A DNA stretch of 44,708 bases from Escherichia phage Ayreon, in sequence record MF807953. One strand, written 5' to 3'. The notes below the pieces were generated by a model. That model was not told the origin of the DNA, searched no databases, and saw only the letters and a program-made list of their open reading frames with translations. Of the stretch, positions 26,974-35,587 are shown one piece after another; the first letter of the stretch is position 1, and every line of letters starts with the position of its first letter. The translations under genes and the position numbers were made by a program.

Positions 26974-29106
26974 ATGGAACTGTTACAGGAACACGGGGCG
27001 ATACTTAAAGTTGTAATCATGCCTACTACTGGGGAACAAACCATAATCCAAGGTTTCGATACTGGCCTCCTCAACCCAGAGATATCCAACATTCTTTTTT
27101 TATTGGCCAAAACACCAAAAGAAATTAGTGAGATTTTTGTCAATGAAAATGATAACTTTCAGCCTACTCTAAGCGGGCTAAATCCTATTTTTTTAATATC
27201 TAAAGAAAATCTTGAAAAAATACCAGATATTTATCAAACGCCATTTTGCTTAATTTTTTGTGCTAAAGAAGATTTTTCGTATTTTTGTGCTTTAAAAAAA
27301 CATTTTGCTATACCACCTATAATTTGTTGCAATTCTAAACGCGCTGATCTACCACTTAATAAGATTAATAGTATATACTCATTTGATAAGGTGCTCTTCT
27401 CTCGGTTGAAATTCATTGAGGATAAAATAAGAAAAAATCACAGTGAAAAGAAAATATCAACGAAGTTGAAGCGAAGAGGGGCTTTATTTAATAAATCACC
27501 TTGGAGATCGACGCTTAACAATTCAACACTACCCAATGAGTTGTTAATTGAATCACTTGGCTATATGCTATCTCCACCAAAAAGAATTAAAGATGGTAGT
27601 AGCAAAAGAGAGTTTATAGAAATAATACTTCATAGCGTTGATGCATACACCGAATGTTTAAAGGAATTAGATATACCACTTCCAACGGAAGTCTTACTTT
27701 TTGCTCCGGGTATGCACTCTTTTTTATATGATAAAAATAATGACTTTTATGAGTTAATAACGGAAAATTTATCCACAATTGAGAAAAAATTCCTTATTGA
27801 TGGAGTGTTGAGGAATCCAGGCTATTCTGGAATTAGACTTGATATAAATTCAGATAGAAAAGAACTTTTTAAAAGTCCTGCTTTCCGTTACCTCACCTCA
27901 CTAAGACGAGCTGAAATGCGATTAACAACAGCTGCGATTACTTTATTTAGCATAAATAAAAAAATCCCAGCAATAAGATTGCCAAATGCAATAAATCATT
28001 ACTCCAATTATTTGAAAAATCTTGAAGATCTTGCAACTTCTTCTGGGATAAATAGTGAAGCATTCATCACTAAATCTAAAGCATTCAATACTGTTATTCG
28101 AAGAGCCCTTGGTTGCAAGTTGAGAACATATATAAGTAAAAACTATAGCGATTTGTCCTTTGTTTGTGATGTACCATTGGATTGGATTAGGTTTAATAAC
28201 ATACCTATAATGTTCAGTCATGAGATATCAAGAATAAATGCTACGCCTGGTAACGTTCTTCTACAGAGCGCCTCTGCTTTTCCGCGCGTTTTAGTAAAAG
28301 CATCTGAGTTGAGAAAGGTTTTAGTTATACGTTCTTTTGAGCCTGATGATCACTTAAAGTTCATATTAGAGAACGCAATTGAGATATTTAAAAAACAGAT
28401 GCCAGATCTTGATTGCGAGATTATTGATGTTAGATCGAAAGCTGAGTTTATTGATGCTCTAAATCAATATCAAGGTCATATTCTTGTTATGGATTGTCAT
28501 GGAAACCATGATGGCAATGGGAGTCATGGATGGTTAATAATAGGTGAGGATAAAGTGGACACTTGGAGTTTGAGAAAAATAGCAAGAATTCCTCCTATCG
28601 TAATTCTGAGTGCATGTTTAACATCTGCCCTAAGTGGTTCTCATGCCTCTGTTGCTAATGGCTTCGTTATAAGTGGTGCATTAAGTGTCATCGGAACATT
28701 ACTGCCTGTAAATGCGATAGACTCTGCTGTTTTTGTAAGTCGGTTGATCTACCGGTTTTACGAGTTTCCTTCGACGCTATCTACAAATTTTACACATGTT
28801 AATGTAAGGCTTTTTCTTTCTGTTTTTCTTAGGATGTCCTATGCAAGCGATTTAATAAGAGGATTTTTATCTGAAGATTTGATACCGAATAATTCATGGA
28901 AGAAAGATGCAGTTGATATTAACATGTATATAAACATGCTTCACCATGATTGGTATGATTATGTAATTAACAAATTGACGATGTTAACGGGGCTCACGAA
29001 AAAAGATGTACTTGATTTTATCGATAGAAAATTATTCATAACCGAAACTATGTGCTATAGCCAAATTGGATTTCCAGATGCAATCACAATTAGTCTTAAA
29101 GATTGA
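26974..29106 (+). CDS. Large cargo protein with C-terminal CHAT/caspase-like protease domain
   Basis: 711 aa from MELLQEHG. Strikingly low GC with Asn/Lys/Ile-rich composition. The C-terminal region has a caspase-fold His/Cys dyad signature: strand plus HG in ILVMDCHGNHDG and strand plus Cys in PIVILSACLTS, followed by GFVISGALSVIGTLLPVNAIDSAVFVSRLIYRFY, typical of CHAT domains. The N-terminal ~500 aa have no features I recognise. Confidence 0.65.
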   Translation: MELLQEHGAILKVVIMPTTGEQTIIQGFDTGLLNPEISNILFLLAKTPKEISEIFVNENDNFQPTLSGLNPIFLISKENLEKIPDIYQTPFCLIFCAKEDFSYFCALKKHFAIPPIICCNSKRADLPLNKINSIYSFDKVLFSRLKFIEDKIRKNHSEKKISTKLKRRGALFNKSPWRSTLNNSTLPNELLIESLGYMLSPPKRIKDGSSKREFIEIILHSVDAYTECLKELDIPLPTEVLLFAPGMHSFLYDKNNDFYELITENLSTIEKKFLIDGVLRNPGYSGIRLDINSDRKELFKSPAFRYLTSLRRAEMRLTTAAITLFSINKKIPAIRLPNAINHYSNYLKNLEDLATSSGINSEAFITKSKAFNTVIRRALGCKLRTYISKNYSDLSFVCDVPLDWIRFNNIPIMFSHEISRINATPGNVLLQSASAFPRVLVKASELRKVLVIRSFEPDDHLKFILENAIEIFKKQMPDLDCEIIDVRSKAEFIDALNQYQGHILVMDCHGNHDGNGSHGWLIIGEDKVDTWSLRKIARIPPIVILSACLTSALSGSHASVANGFVISGALSVIGTLLPVNAIDSAVFVSRLIYRFYEFPSTLSTNFTHVNVRLFLSVFLRMSYASDLIRGFLSEDLIPNNSWKKDAVDINMYINMLHHDWYDYVINKLTMLTGLTKKDVLDFIDRKLFITETMCYSQIGFPDAITISLKD

Positions 29107-29137
29107 CAACTGTATGTAATAAATATGGCATACTTCC

Positions 29138-29178
29138 GGCACAGAGCGAATATAACAGATCAGGTTTAGCTCTGTGCC
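29138..29178. terminator. Inverted repeat/hairpin between convergent CHAT gene and xis
   Basis: Perfect 10-bp inverted repeat ggcacagagc ... gctctgtgcc with a 21-nt loop; no strong T-run. Confidence 0.35.
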
Positions 29179-29213
29179 ATAGGTGTACCAACTCTCATCT
29201 GAGCTAATGCTCG

Positions 29214-29408
29214 TTACTCAATAACTCCCGCAAATTTGTAAATCTTGCGTGATGCCCATTTATTTGGGCATGATTTAATATCAGGATCTGGAAAGTCTGG
29301 CCTGTATTTCTGGCCAGTTCTCCTGTTTACGCTGTTCCAGCGAAGAACTGTCGATACTGATACTCCACAGAAGTTGGCGACTTGTTTAGTTGTCATTAAG
29401 TTGTTCAT
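29214..29408 (-). CDS. xis: Excisionase / AlpA-like DNA-binding protein
   Basis: 64 aa with an HTH-like N-terminus (TTKQVANFCGVSVSTVLRW) and a basic C-terminus; located at the distal end of the leftward early operon near int. Confidence 0.7.
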   Translation of the reverse strand: MNNLMTTKQVANFCGVSVSTVLRWNSVNRRTGQKYRPDFPDPDIKSCPNKWASRKIYKFAGVIE

Positions 29409-30028
29409 TACTTTACCTCCTGCGGCGGCTCCGGTAGCGGCATCCAGTGGGTTACTTTCGATGCCGGTTCTTCCACATCGTCAGTAACTGCCCACCATTT
29501 GTTTCTCGACCAATCGTAATACCCTTCGAAGGTATCGCACTCAGTCCAGCCGTAAGACTTCCCCCAACACCAAACATACTGTTTATCGTTCGGCATTCGC
29601 TCACTACAGCTTATCCAACCATCCGGAGTTACCGGAGAGTTGCCCGACAGCTCGTTCAACTTGTAAGTCTGGCTTACAGGTTTGGCACCATGAAGCATGG
29701 CGGCGCGGCAGGCGTTCCAGCCTTCATCAAAGCCGACTATGCCATTATTTAAAGACGGAAGAGCATCCGGCACCACCGACACTGGCTGAGCCATATATAG
29801 CGGCTGAACATACCAGCCCTTTGATAACCAACTGTCAGCAATGTTTTTGCTCCTGGTTATTGCCGGAATACCTAAGCCATTGTCTGAATGAAGCCACGCC
29901 ACCGGCTCTGCTTCCAGTGATGCCAGAGCAATTTCATAAGCAAGGCGCTCAACATTGTCTCGCACGTCTAGGCTGCCGATTCGTTCTTTGATTTCTTTAA
30001 TCTGTTCCTTATCGGTGTAAGTGGTCAT
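29408..30028 (-). CDS. Hypothetical early protein (Trp-rich C-terminal domain, DUF551-like)
   Basis: 206 aa; Trp-rich C-terminal region ending HWMPLPEPP; overlaps neighbours in an operon arrangement. Confidence 0.5.
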   Translation of the reverse strand: MTTYTDKEQIKEIKERIGSLDVRDNVERLAYEIALASLEAEPVAWLHSDNGLGIPAITRSKNIADSWLSKGWYVQPLYMAQPVSVVPDALPSLNNGIVGFDEGWNACRAAMLHGAKPVSQTYKLNELSGNSPVTPDGWISCSERMPNDKQYVWCWGKSYGWTECDTFEGYYDWSRNKWWAVTDDVEEPASKVTHWMPLPEPPQEVK

Positions 30029-30390
30029 TATGCTCCAGCCTCCGGTGCTTTTGGCATTACTGCCCAGTGAGTGATATTAATATTTTCAAGGTCCCCGATC
30101 TGAAATGTCCACTGCCATTCTCCGGTTTCTTTTTGTCCCCAGGTGTACCAGAGAGAACGCCAGCCAATCAGCCAGCCTTCTCCGTTAGCATCAAATAACA
30201 GAACACTTTCATTTGCTGGTGGCAGTTCAACTGATACTGGTATTACTTTGTTTTCCTGTGCTGCACATTTAGCTTCAAGCGCATCGAATTTACGCTCCAG
30301 GTATTTAGCATCCGTTTCATTCACTTTCAGGTCTCGTGGTACACATCTCCCGTGAAGAAACCCTTCCATTTCGAAAACATTCATGCGCAT
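30028..30390 (-). CDS. Hypothetical early protein
   Basis: 120 aa; Trp-rich with C-terminal HWAVMP; overlaps adjacent genes. Confidence 0.5.
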   Translation of the reverse strand: MRMNVFEMEGFLHGRCVPRDLKVNETDAKYLERKFDALEAKCAAQENKVIPVSVELPPANESVLLFDANGEGWLIGWRSLWYTWGQKETGEWQWTFQIGDLENINITHWAVMPKAPEAGA

Positions 30391-30917
30391 TTGCGTAACT
30401 CCGATAACTCGTTAAAACGTTCCATAAACATCCCGTAGGCATGGCCCGGAGCCAGTGGAATAACTTTGAACATCTCTGTTGCCGGGATACCTTCCAGTAC
30501 TGGCCAGAAAGAGCCATCATCAAGCCCGAGGTCGCGGCGTTCAGTTGCCAGCATGATGAGATCGGCATATTTCACAGGCGTGCTCATAACCGGGGGTAAC
30601 CCGAATTTCTCACGGATTACGGCGTCTATTTTTTCTTCCATCCGTTTATAGTCAGGAAGAAGGCGTTTCAGTGGCGCGGGGATGTCCTGACAATACGCTT
30701 CTGTTGCATCATGCATTAACGCTTCAAAAGCAAACTCCTCCGGAACCAGTTTGCTGCAAAGCACCGCATGTTGGGCGACGCTGTAGAAGTGTGAAAGATG
30801 ACCGGCAAAGCGACAGATATTTGAAAGGGAAACTGCGATATCGTTAATCACGATGTCGTCTTTATTTATCCTGTCATAATAAAAATGCTTCCCGGAAAAA
30901 GTTTTAATAAATGACAT
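30381..30917 (-). CDS. HD-domain phosphohydrolase (YfbR/YfdR-like 5'-deoxynucleotidase)
   Basis: Start MSFIKT with a GGAG ribosome-binding site 6 nt upstream; HD motifs SVAQHAV (His) and ALMHDATEAY (His-Asp), in the order seen in the YfbR family. Confidence 0.7.
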   Translation of the reverse strand: MSFIKTFSGKHFYYDRINKDDIVINDIAVSLSNICRFAGHLSHFYSVAQHAVLCSKLVPEEFAFEALMHDATEAYCQDIPAPLKRLLPDYKRMEEKIDAVIREKFGLPPVMSTPVKYADLIMLATERRDLGLDDGSFWPVLEGIPATEMFKVIPLAPGHAYGMFMERFNELSELRKCA

Positions 30918-31045
30918 TTTGTTCTCCACTTTATATGCGCTGCACCGCGCTGAATTTTGGTTAAAGAAAACCCTCGCCATCAGGCGATTATTGAGTTAAT
31001 TACGTTTCCATAAATGCCCCCGCAGGGGCATTTGCAGTAATGAAA

Positions 31046-31870
31046 TCAGGCGGTGAAAGTACCAATAAAGGTTTCTACTTTGCTGTCTTTGAATTTTTCA
31101 ACAAGCAGATCACGAAATTCGTTAGCCATTTCTTCCTGCACTGCTTCCAGCTGAATAATGCGCAGAACCAGTACAGGGCGATCACCAGTGATAATGCTGA
31201 GGCGTAATTTAAACGGACGTTCTTTCAGGCCTTCAAACGGAACGCATTTAAACTCAAATGCTACTGGCATAATGTCTTTGGTTTTCGCTTCGACAGACTC
31301 CATCAGAGAGCGTTTGCCGCTGAAGTCATTGTCTTCAAAATCAGCGGTCTGGTTTGCTTCAATCGTGATTTTACGGACCGCCGCAGCCGCTTTTGTTGCC
31401 TGAATGGCGTCACCATTAGCATCAAAGCCCACAAGGTAGTCGGCCCAGTCTTCAATCCATTCTGCCAGTGACTTCTGGGAGTTACGCTCGCCGTTAACAG
31501 ACAACAGGGCAGAGAACGGTGCTGTCTTTTTCAGTTTGAGAGTGGCGGTGTTATCTGCGTGACCTGGTTCATCAATAGTACCCAGGTTAAGCACACTGAC
31601 GGCTCGCATATTATCAGCATCGATAAAGCAGCGGGTGCCTTCATCTGCAAGATCTTTAGAATAACGGGTAAAGTCATCGATGCTGGCAGTGGAAAGCGCA
31701 CCACGGAAACGGAAGCGATTTAAATTAAATTTTTCCAGATCATGAATGCGGAAATTCTCAGGCAATGCCACAGCATCGGCACCAATCTTACTGATAATTT
31801 CATTAACACCCTGAGCAGAAATAAGGGCATGGATTTGATTAATTGCGGTTGCGTCTAAGTTCTGAGACAT
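31046..31870 (-). CDS. Hypothetical early protein (YfdQ-like, 274 aa)
   Basis: 274-aa ORF with a GAGGA ribosome-binding site; size and neighbourhood resemble the E. coli CPS-53 yfdPQRS-type cluster (from memory). Confidence 0.5.
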   Translation of the reverse strand: MSQNLDATAINQIHALISAQGVNEIISKIGADAVALPENFRIHDLEKFNLNRFRFRGALSTASIDDFTRYSKDLADEGTRCFIDADNMRAVSVLNLGTIDEPGHADNTATLKLKKTAPFSALLSVNGERNSQKSLAEWIEDWADYLVGFDANGDAIQATKAAAAVRKITIEANQTADFEDNDFSGKRSLMESVEAKTKDIMPVAFEFKCVPFEGLKERPFKLRLSIITGDRPVLVLRIIQLEAVQEEMANEFRDLLVEKFKDSKVETFIGTFTA

Positions 31871-31935
31871 AATAAGTCCTCACTATATAAAGATATTCAG
31901 TGATGAGATAAATAATCAGTTTATTAAAAACGATA

Positions 31936-32298
31936 TTAACGACCTGCTGCGCGGAGTTTTCCGTCAGGTTCACCGGCAAGAGTCAGTAATTGTCCCTGGT
32001 CTTCCTGCAGAATAGTCAGGCGACCACCGCGATTGACATACATCGGCGTTTCGGTGGTGTCTTCTTCGGAAATTTTCCCGCGGTTAGTCGGGCGAACATA
32101 TGAGAGTTTGTGTTTGATTTTTACACGGTTCTCATCAAACGGTTCGATTTCCAGGTTGAGCGAGACCTTACCTTTGGTTTTCGTGTTCATCACACCGGAA
32201 GCGACTTCACTGAGAACAGCGCCGATTTTGGTTTCAAATACGCCGCCGTCCAGCTCCCCGATAAATGCCTGCACATCAGTACTGCGTTCGCTAGCCAT
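31936..32298 (-). CDS. Hypothetical early protein (first gene of leftward operon)
   Basis: Start MASERS chosen because of a strong GAGGAG ribosome-binding site 6 nt upstream; the six-frame ORF extends further upstream without one. Confidence 0.55.
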   Translation of the reverse strand: MASERSTDVQAFIGELDGGVFETKIGAVLSEVASGVMNTKTKGKVSLNLEIEPFDENRVKIKHKLSYVRPTNRGKISEEDTTETPMYVNRGGRLTILQEDQGQLLTLAGEPDGKLRAAGR

Positions 32299-32345
32299 TT
32301 TGCTGCTCCTCATCATATCGACCCTGCAAGGTCGGTTGGTTTCTC

Positions 32346-32435
32346 CACAAAACAGAGAAGAACACCTGCGGTGGCAGCCGCCCGGATGGATTGGGTTATG
32401 AGCCCGTCGTCCGGTGATGCCCTTCTCTGTTTTGT
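32346..32435 (-). other. Structured leader element (14-bp perfect inverted repeats flanking about 61 nt)
   Basis: acaaaacagagaag at 32347-32360 and its exact reverse complement cttctctgttttgt at 32422-32435, immediately upstream of the first leftward gene's ribosome-binding site. Confidence 0.4.
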
Positions 32436-32898
32436 AAAAAGAGCGGTACCAGCCGGAAGCAAGTGTACAAACTGGTACCGCCAAAGCAGTGGCTGTTGTG
32501 GTGGGGTTGTCACTCAGGCGTATGGTCAACCTGACAATCCGGTGTCCTCAACGGGGAAAGAGTAACCCCGCCATACTTACCGCCGCGCCATTTCGCGGAT
32601 TACCACAACGCTGAGAGCACTTAGCCAGTTACGGCACCACACTTTGTCGCGGTTCCATAAATGCCCTCATCGTTGCACCCTGGTCTCTTCCCAGGCGTCA
32701 AACCGGATCGCCACGCTGGTTAGGCGTCTTATCAGCATCATCATTGACTTGCACATTCCGGCTACCTGGTTTGTTTGCCCGAGCAAGGAGTGGATTGTCC
32801 CCTTTAACGTCCCCAGACCGCTAACGACGCATGTGCCATACGCCGTGTTACAACCAAATTTAGTTTAATCTTGCCTGTGTTATGTTTCTTTTAGATAC

Positions 32899-32926
32899 AT
32901 TATGTATCTCAAGGGTACATTGTCAA
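32899..32926 (-). promoter_or_regulatory. Candidate pL-like early leftward promoter with overlapping palindromic operator
   Basis: Minus strand reads TTGACA - 16 bp - CATAAT directly downstream of the cI terminator; the 17-bp palindrome agatacattatgtatct (32893-32909) overlaps the -10. Confidence 0.5.
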
Positions 32927-32929
32927 GTA

Positions 32930-32953
32930 TAAAAAAACCTGCCGAAGCAGGTT
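32930..32953 (-). terminator. Rho-independent terminator after cI
   Basis: Minus strand hairpin acctgc-ttcg-gcaggt followed by a U7 run, 12 nt after the cI stop. Confidence 0.7.
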
Positions 32954-32964
32954 ATAAATATTGA

Positions 32965-33639
32965 TTAGGCCTTTATTTTGTATCTTCTTGGTTTTCCCGA
33001 GAAAATCACTGTACCAATTATAGAGCAATTACCGTTAATCTTAATGTAAGGCTCAGGCCAGTTTGGGTTTAATGCTTTGAGATAACGCTGTGTTCCATCT
33101 TCTATCAATCGCTTGAAGGTGGTTTCGCCTGTATCGTGCATCAATGCAATAACGTCGTCACCGTGGCAGGCAGGGACTTCGGGATCAACAAAAATCATGT
33201 CTCCAGGGCGGTACTCATCAATCATTGAATCACCAATCACCCGCAAGATATAAGTCATTTCGCCACAGGGTACAGGGCAGGGGTAAGTTTCTGCTGTGCT
33301 CAAATCAACCTCAGAATAGCCAACTTCTTTCCATGCTCCGGCCTGTACCCATGATATGACAGGGACTAACGTTATTTGTTTGTTAGTGATTGAAACATCA
33401 GGTTTTTTTGTGATGTTCGTGGTCTGGTGTTCTTGATCAAGCCATCCGACAGGCAGGTCGAAACATTTTTCGATGTGCCGCGCCATGCTGTCACCGATAT
33501 TTTTAGTAGCACCATCTCCCATAAACCTGCTGGTCTGGGTTGGCTCGCGATCAATCATGGTGGCAAAGGAAGAATTCCCGCCAACACCATCTCTCAGTTT
33601 TCTGGCGTTAGACCGCCGGATGTCATGGATTGTTTTCAT
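32965..33639 (-). CDS. cI: CI-like repressor (HTH plus S24 LexA-type autopeptidase domain)
   Basis: 224 aa; N-terminal HTH region, C-terminal S24 features (GDSM serine motif and a downstream Lys in FKRL); divergent from the cro-like gene. Confidence 0.85.
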   Translation of the reverse strand: MKTIHDIRRSNARKLRDGVGGNSSFATMIDREPTQTSRFMGDGATKNIGDSMARHIEKCFDLPVGWLDQEHQTTNITKKPDVSITNKQITLVPVISWVQAGAWKEVGYSEVDLSTAETYPCPVPCGEMTYILRVIGDSMIDEYRPGDMIFVDPEVPACHGDDVIALMHDTGETTFKRLIEDGTQRYLKALNPNWPEPYIKINGNCSIIGTVIFSGKPRRYKIKA

Positions 33640-33656
33640 AACGAAATTAAAACCTT

Positions 33657-33673
33657 TGTACCGATAAGGTACA
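33657..33673. promoter_or_regulatory. Candidate operator palindrome in cI-cro intergenic region
   Basis: tgtacc-gataa-ggtaca palindrome just upstream of the candidate pR -35. Confidence 0.4.
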
Positions 33674-33679
33674 AGTATC

Positions 33680-33707
33680 TTGAAGGTTCATTTCAATCAT
33701 GTAATAT
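33680..33707 (+). promoter_or_regulatory. Candidate pR early rightward promoter
   Basis: TTGAAG - 16 bp - TAATAT, about 20 nt upstream of the cro-like ribosome-binding site. Confidence 0.5.
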
Positions 33708-33729
33708 GTATATCGGAGGTACATATTGT

Positions 33730-33930
33730 ATGAAAGCGTATTGGGACTCTTTAACCAAAGAACAGCAGGGCGAGTTGGCCGGAAAAGTTGGCTCAACACC
33801 TGGCTACTTACGGCTGGTTTTCAATGGTTATAAAAAAGCCAGTTTTGTGCTGGCGAAAAAACTTGAGCAATGCACGTCAGGTGCAATTACGAAATCTGAC
33901 TTAAGACCGGATATCTATCCGAAAGATTAA
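33730..33930 (+). CDS. cro: Cro-like small HTH regulator
   Basis: 66 aa from MKAYWD with a GGAGG ribosome-binding site; HTH-like GKVGSTPGYLRLVFNG; divergent from cI. The longer six-frame ORF from 33427 would overlap cI. Confidence 0.7.
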   Translation: MKAYWDSLTKEQQGELAGKVGSTPGYLRLVFNGYKKASFVLAKKLEQCTSGAITKSDLRPDIYPKD

Positions 33931-33961
33931 CAGAACACCTTCAATTTTTAACCACAGAACG

Positions 33962-34525
33962 ATGAGGCTAACCGTGGGTAAGTATCACTGGAAAGTAGAA
34001 AAACAGCCTGAGTGGTACGTGAAAGCTGTCAGAAAAACTATCGCAGCGTTGCCGGGTGGTTACGCTGAAGCAGCTGACTGGCTGGATGTAACAGAGAACG
34101 CATTATTTAACCGCCTTCGTGCCGATGGCGATCAGATTTTCCCGCTGGGATGGGCAATGGTTTTACAGCGCGCGGCTGGCACTCACTACATTGCGGATGC
34201 TGTCGCACAGTCTGCTGGTGGGGTGTTCGTATCGCTTCCTGAAATTGAGGAAGTAGAGAACGCCGATATAAACCAGCGCCTGCTGGAAGTCATCGAACAG
34301 ATCGGGAATTACTCAAAGCAGATTCGTTCGGCAATCGAAGATGGGGTCGTGGAGCCACACGAGCAGACAGCAATTAATGATGAGTTGTATCTGTCAATTT
34401 CGAAGCTCCAGGAGCATGCAGCACTGGTCTACAAAATCTTTTGCGCTCCAGAAAAGAGTGACGCCCGCGAGTGTGCAGCTCCGGGCGTCGTGGCGTTTTG
34501 TGTCTGTGGAGAAACTAACGCATGA
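33962..34525 (+). CDS. Early regulatory protein (YdaT/CII-like)
   Basis: 187-aa ORF immediately after cro in the CII position; similarity to the YdaT family is from memory. Confidence 0.45.
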   Translation: MRLTVGKYHWKVEKQPEWYVKAVRKTIAALPGGYAEAADWLDVTENALFNRLRADGDQIFPLGWAMVLQRAAGTHYIADAVAQSAGGVFVSLPEIEEVENADINQRLLEVIEQIGNYSKQIRSAIEDGVVEPHEQTAINDELYLSISKLQEHAALVYKIFCAPEKSDARECAAPGVVAFCVCGETNA

Positions 34526-35358
34526 ACAGTTTAACGGCAAATAACCGTTTGTCGCAACAGCTGGTGGTCAGCGTCGCTGAACACCTGTTGTTACGGCATG
34601 AATGCAGATTACCAAATCACCTGGCTGTAAGTAACCACAGAGAACTTTACCTGACTGTGGGGGGCGAGTTGTGCAAGAACTTAACCGCTGGTTTCGTGAC
34701 GGAAGAGGGCTTTATGTCCATGTTATTCGTTGGGAGCCAGAAACACAGCGCGTTATCTATCTTCGCAAAGACTACCCGCATGAGTGCTTTAGTCCTTTGT
34801 GGAAATTCAGGCGTGATTTTGTTGAGTGTGAAGGACCACCAGCACATTGATTCTGCCATTCCGGGACGTTACACTGTTCAGGCACCTTATAAAGCGGGTG
34901 TCGGGATTGGCGTCCTGGAATTGCATACGGCGACAATTGGCGCGTTAGCGTCTTTTTTGTTGCTACAACTCAGCTATACCCAAATTATGGTGGGCTGGGT
35001 GGGGGCACCGAAAGGTGCGCCGGTTTCCGTATGCGCCGGTTACGCCAACCCTGCTCAGTTCACCACCAGCGAAATTGGCGTTTCCGGTGGTGGAAGTTAT
35101 CCATTGCATACGGAGGCTGCCATCATGGCTACTGTCCCAGCCCTCTCTCGTCTGAATGATGAAGACTTACATAAACTCAGTTATGTAACAACTGCACTAC
35201 GTGCTCTGCGCAAGGTAACTCTTTCGGATCCGCAGGCGCATCAGGTTTTGGTAGAAACCCTTCTTAACTTGCAGGCTGAACGTATTCGTCTGGCGGATAA
35301 GGCTAATTTTCATATTCACCGTCTCCTGAATATCAGCGGAGGGCATCGTCATGCTTAA
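34522..35358 (+). CDS. Hypothetical early protein (278 aa)
   Basis: ORF overlapping the upstream stop; no Walker motifs seen. Confidence 0.5.
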   Translation: MNSLTANNRLSQQLVVSVAEHLLLRHECRLPNHLAVSNHRELYLTVGGELCKNLTAGFVTEEGFMSMLFVGSQKHSALSIFAKTTRMSALVLCGNSGVILLSVKDHQHIDSAIPGRYTVQAPYKAGVGIGVLELHTATIGALASFLLLQLSYTQIMVGWVGAPKGAPVSVCAGYANPAQFTTSEIGVSGGGSYPLHTEAAIMATVPALSRLNDEDLHKLSYVTTALRALRKVTLSDPQAHQVLVETLLNLQAERIRLADKANFHIHRLLNISGGHRHA

Positions 35359-35587
35359 TCCGTTGATCCTCAATATTTGCCGTTTGCTTCAGCGTAAAAA
35401 AACATCAATTCCTACAGTTGGGCAGTGGTACACCACACCTGCAGGGCATGTTCTACGTGTTAGCCTGGTTGACCGTGAATGCCAGAAGGTGATTTGTGAA
35501 CCGCTGGGCCGTAATTACCGCGTCAGTATGCCGCTTATAGCCTTTCGCTCCGGAAAAAACATGAAGCATCTCGGAGGTGCAGCATGA
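35351..35587 (+). CDS. Hypothetical small protein (78 aa)
   Basis: Operon-embedded ORF with overlapping start/stop junctions on both sides. Confidence 0.4.
   Translation: MLNPLILNICRLLQRKKTSIPTVGQWYTTPAGHVLRVSLVDRECQKVICEPLGRNYRVSMPLIAFRSGKNMKHLGGAA

Noticed and set aside
32313-32868. Short ORFs on both strands in the pL leader (for example 32644-32868 plus strand, 32313-32513 minus strand)
   Set aside because: No ribosome-binding sites and no recognisable features, including no Arg-rich N-like motif; the region is better explained as a structured leader.
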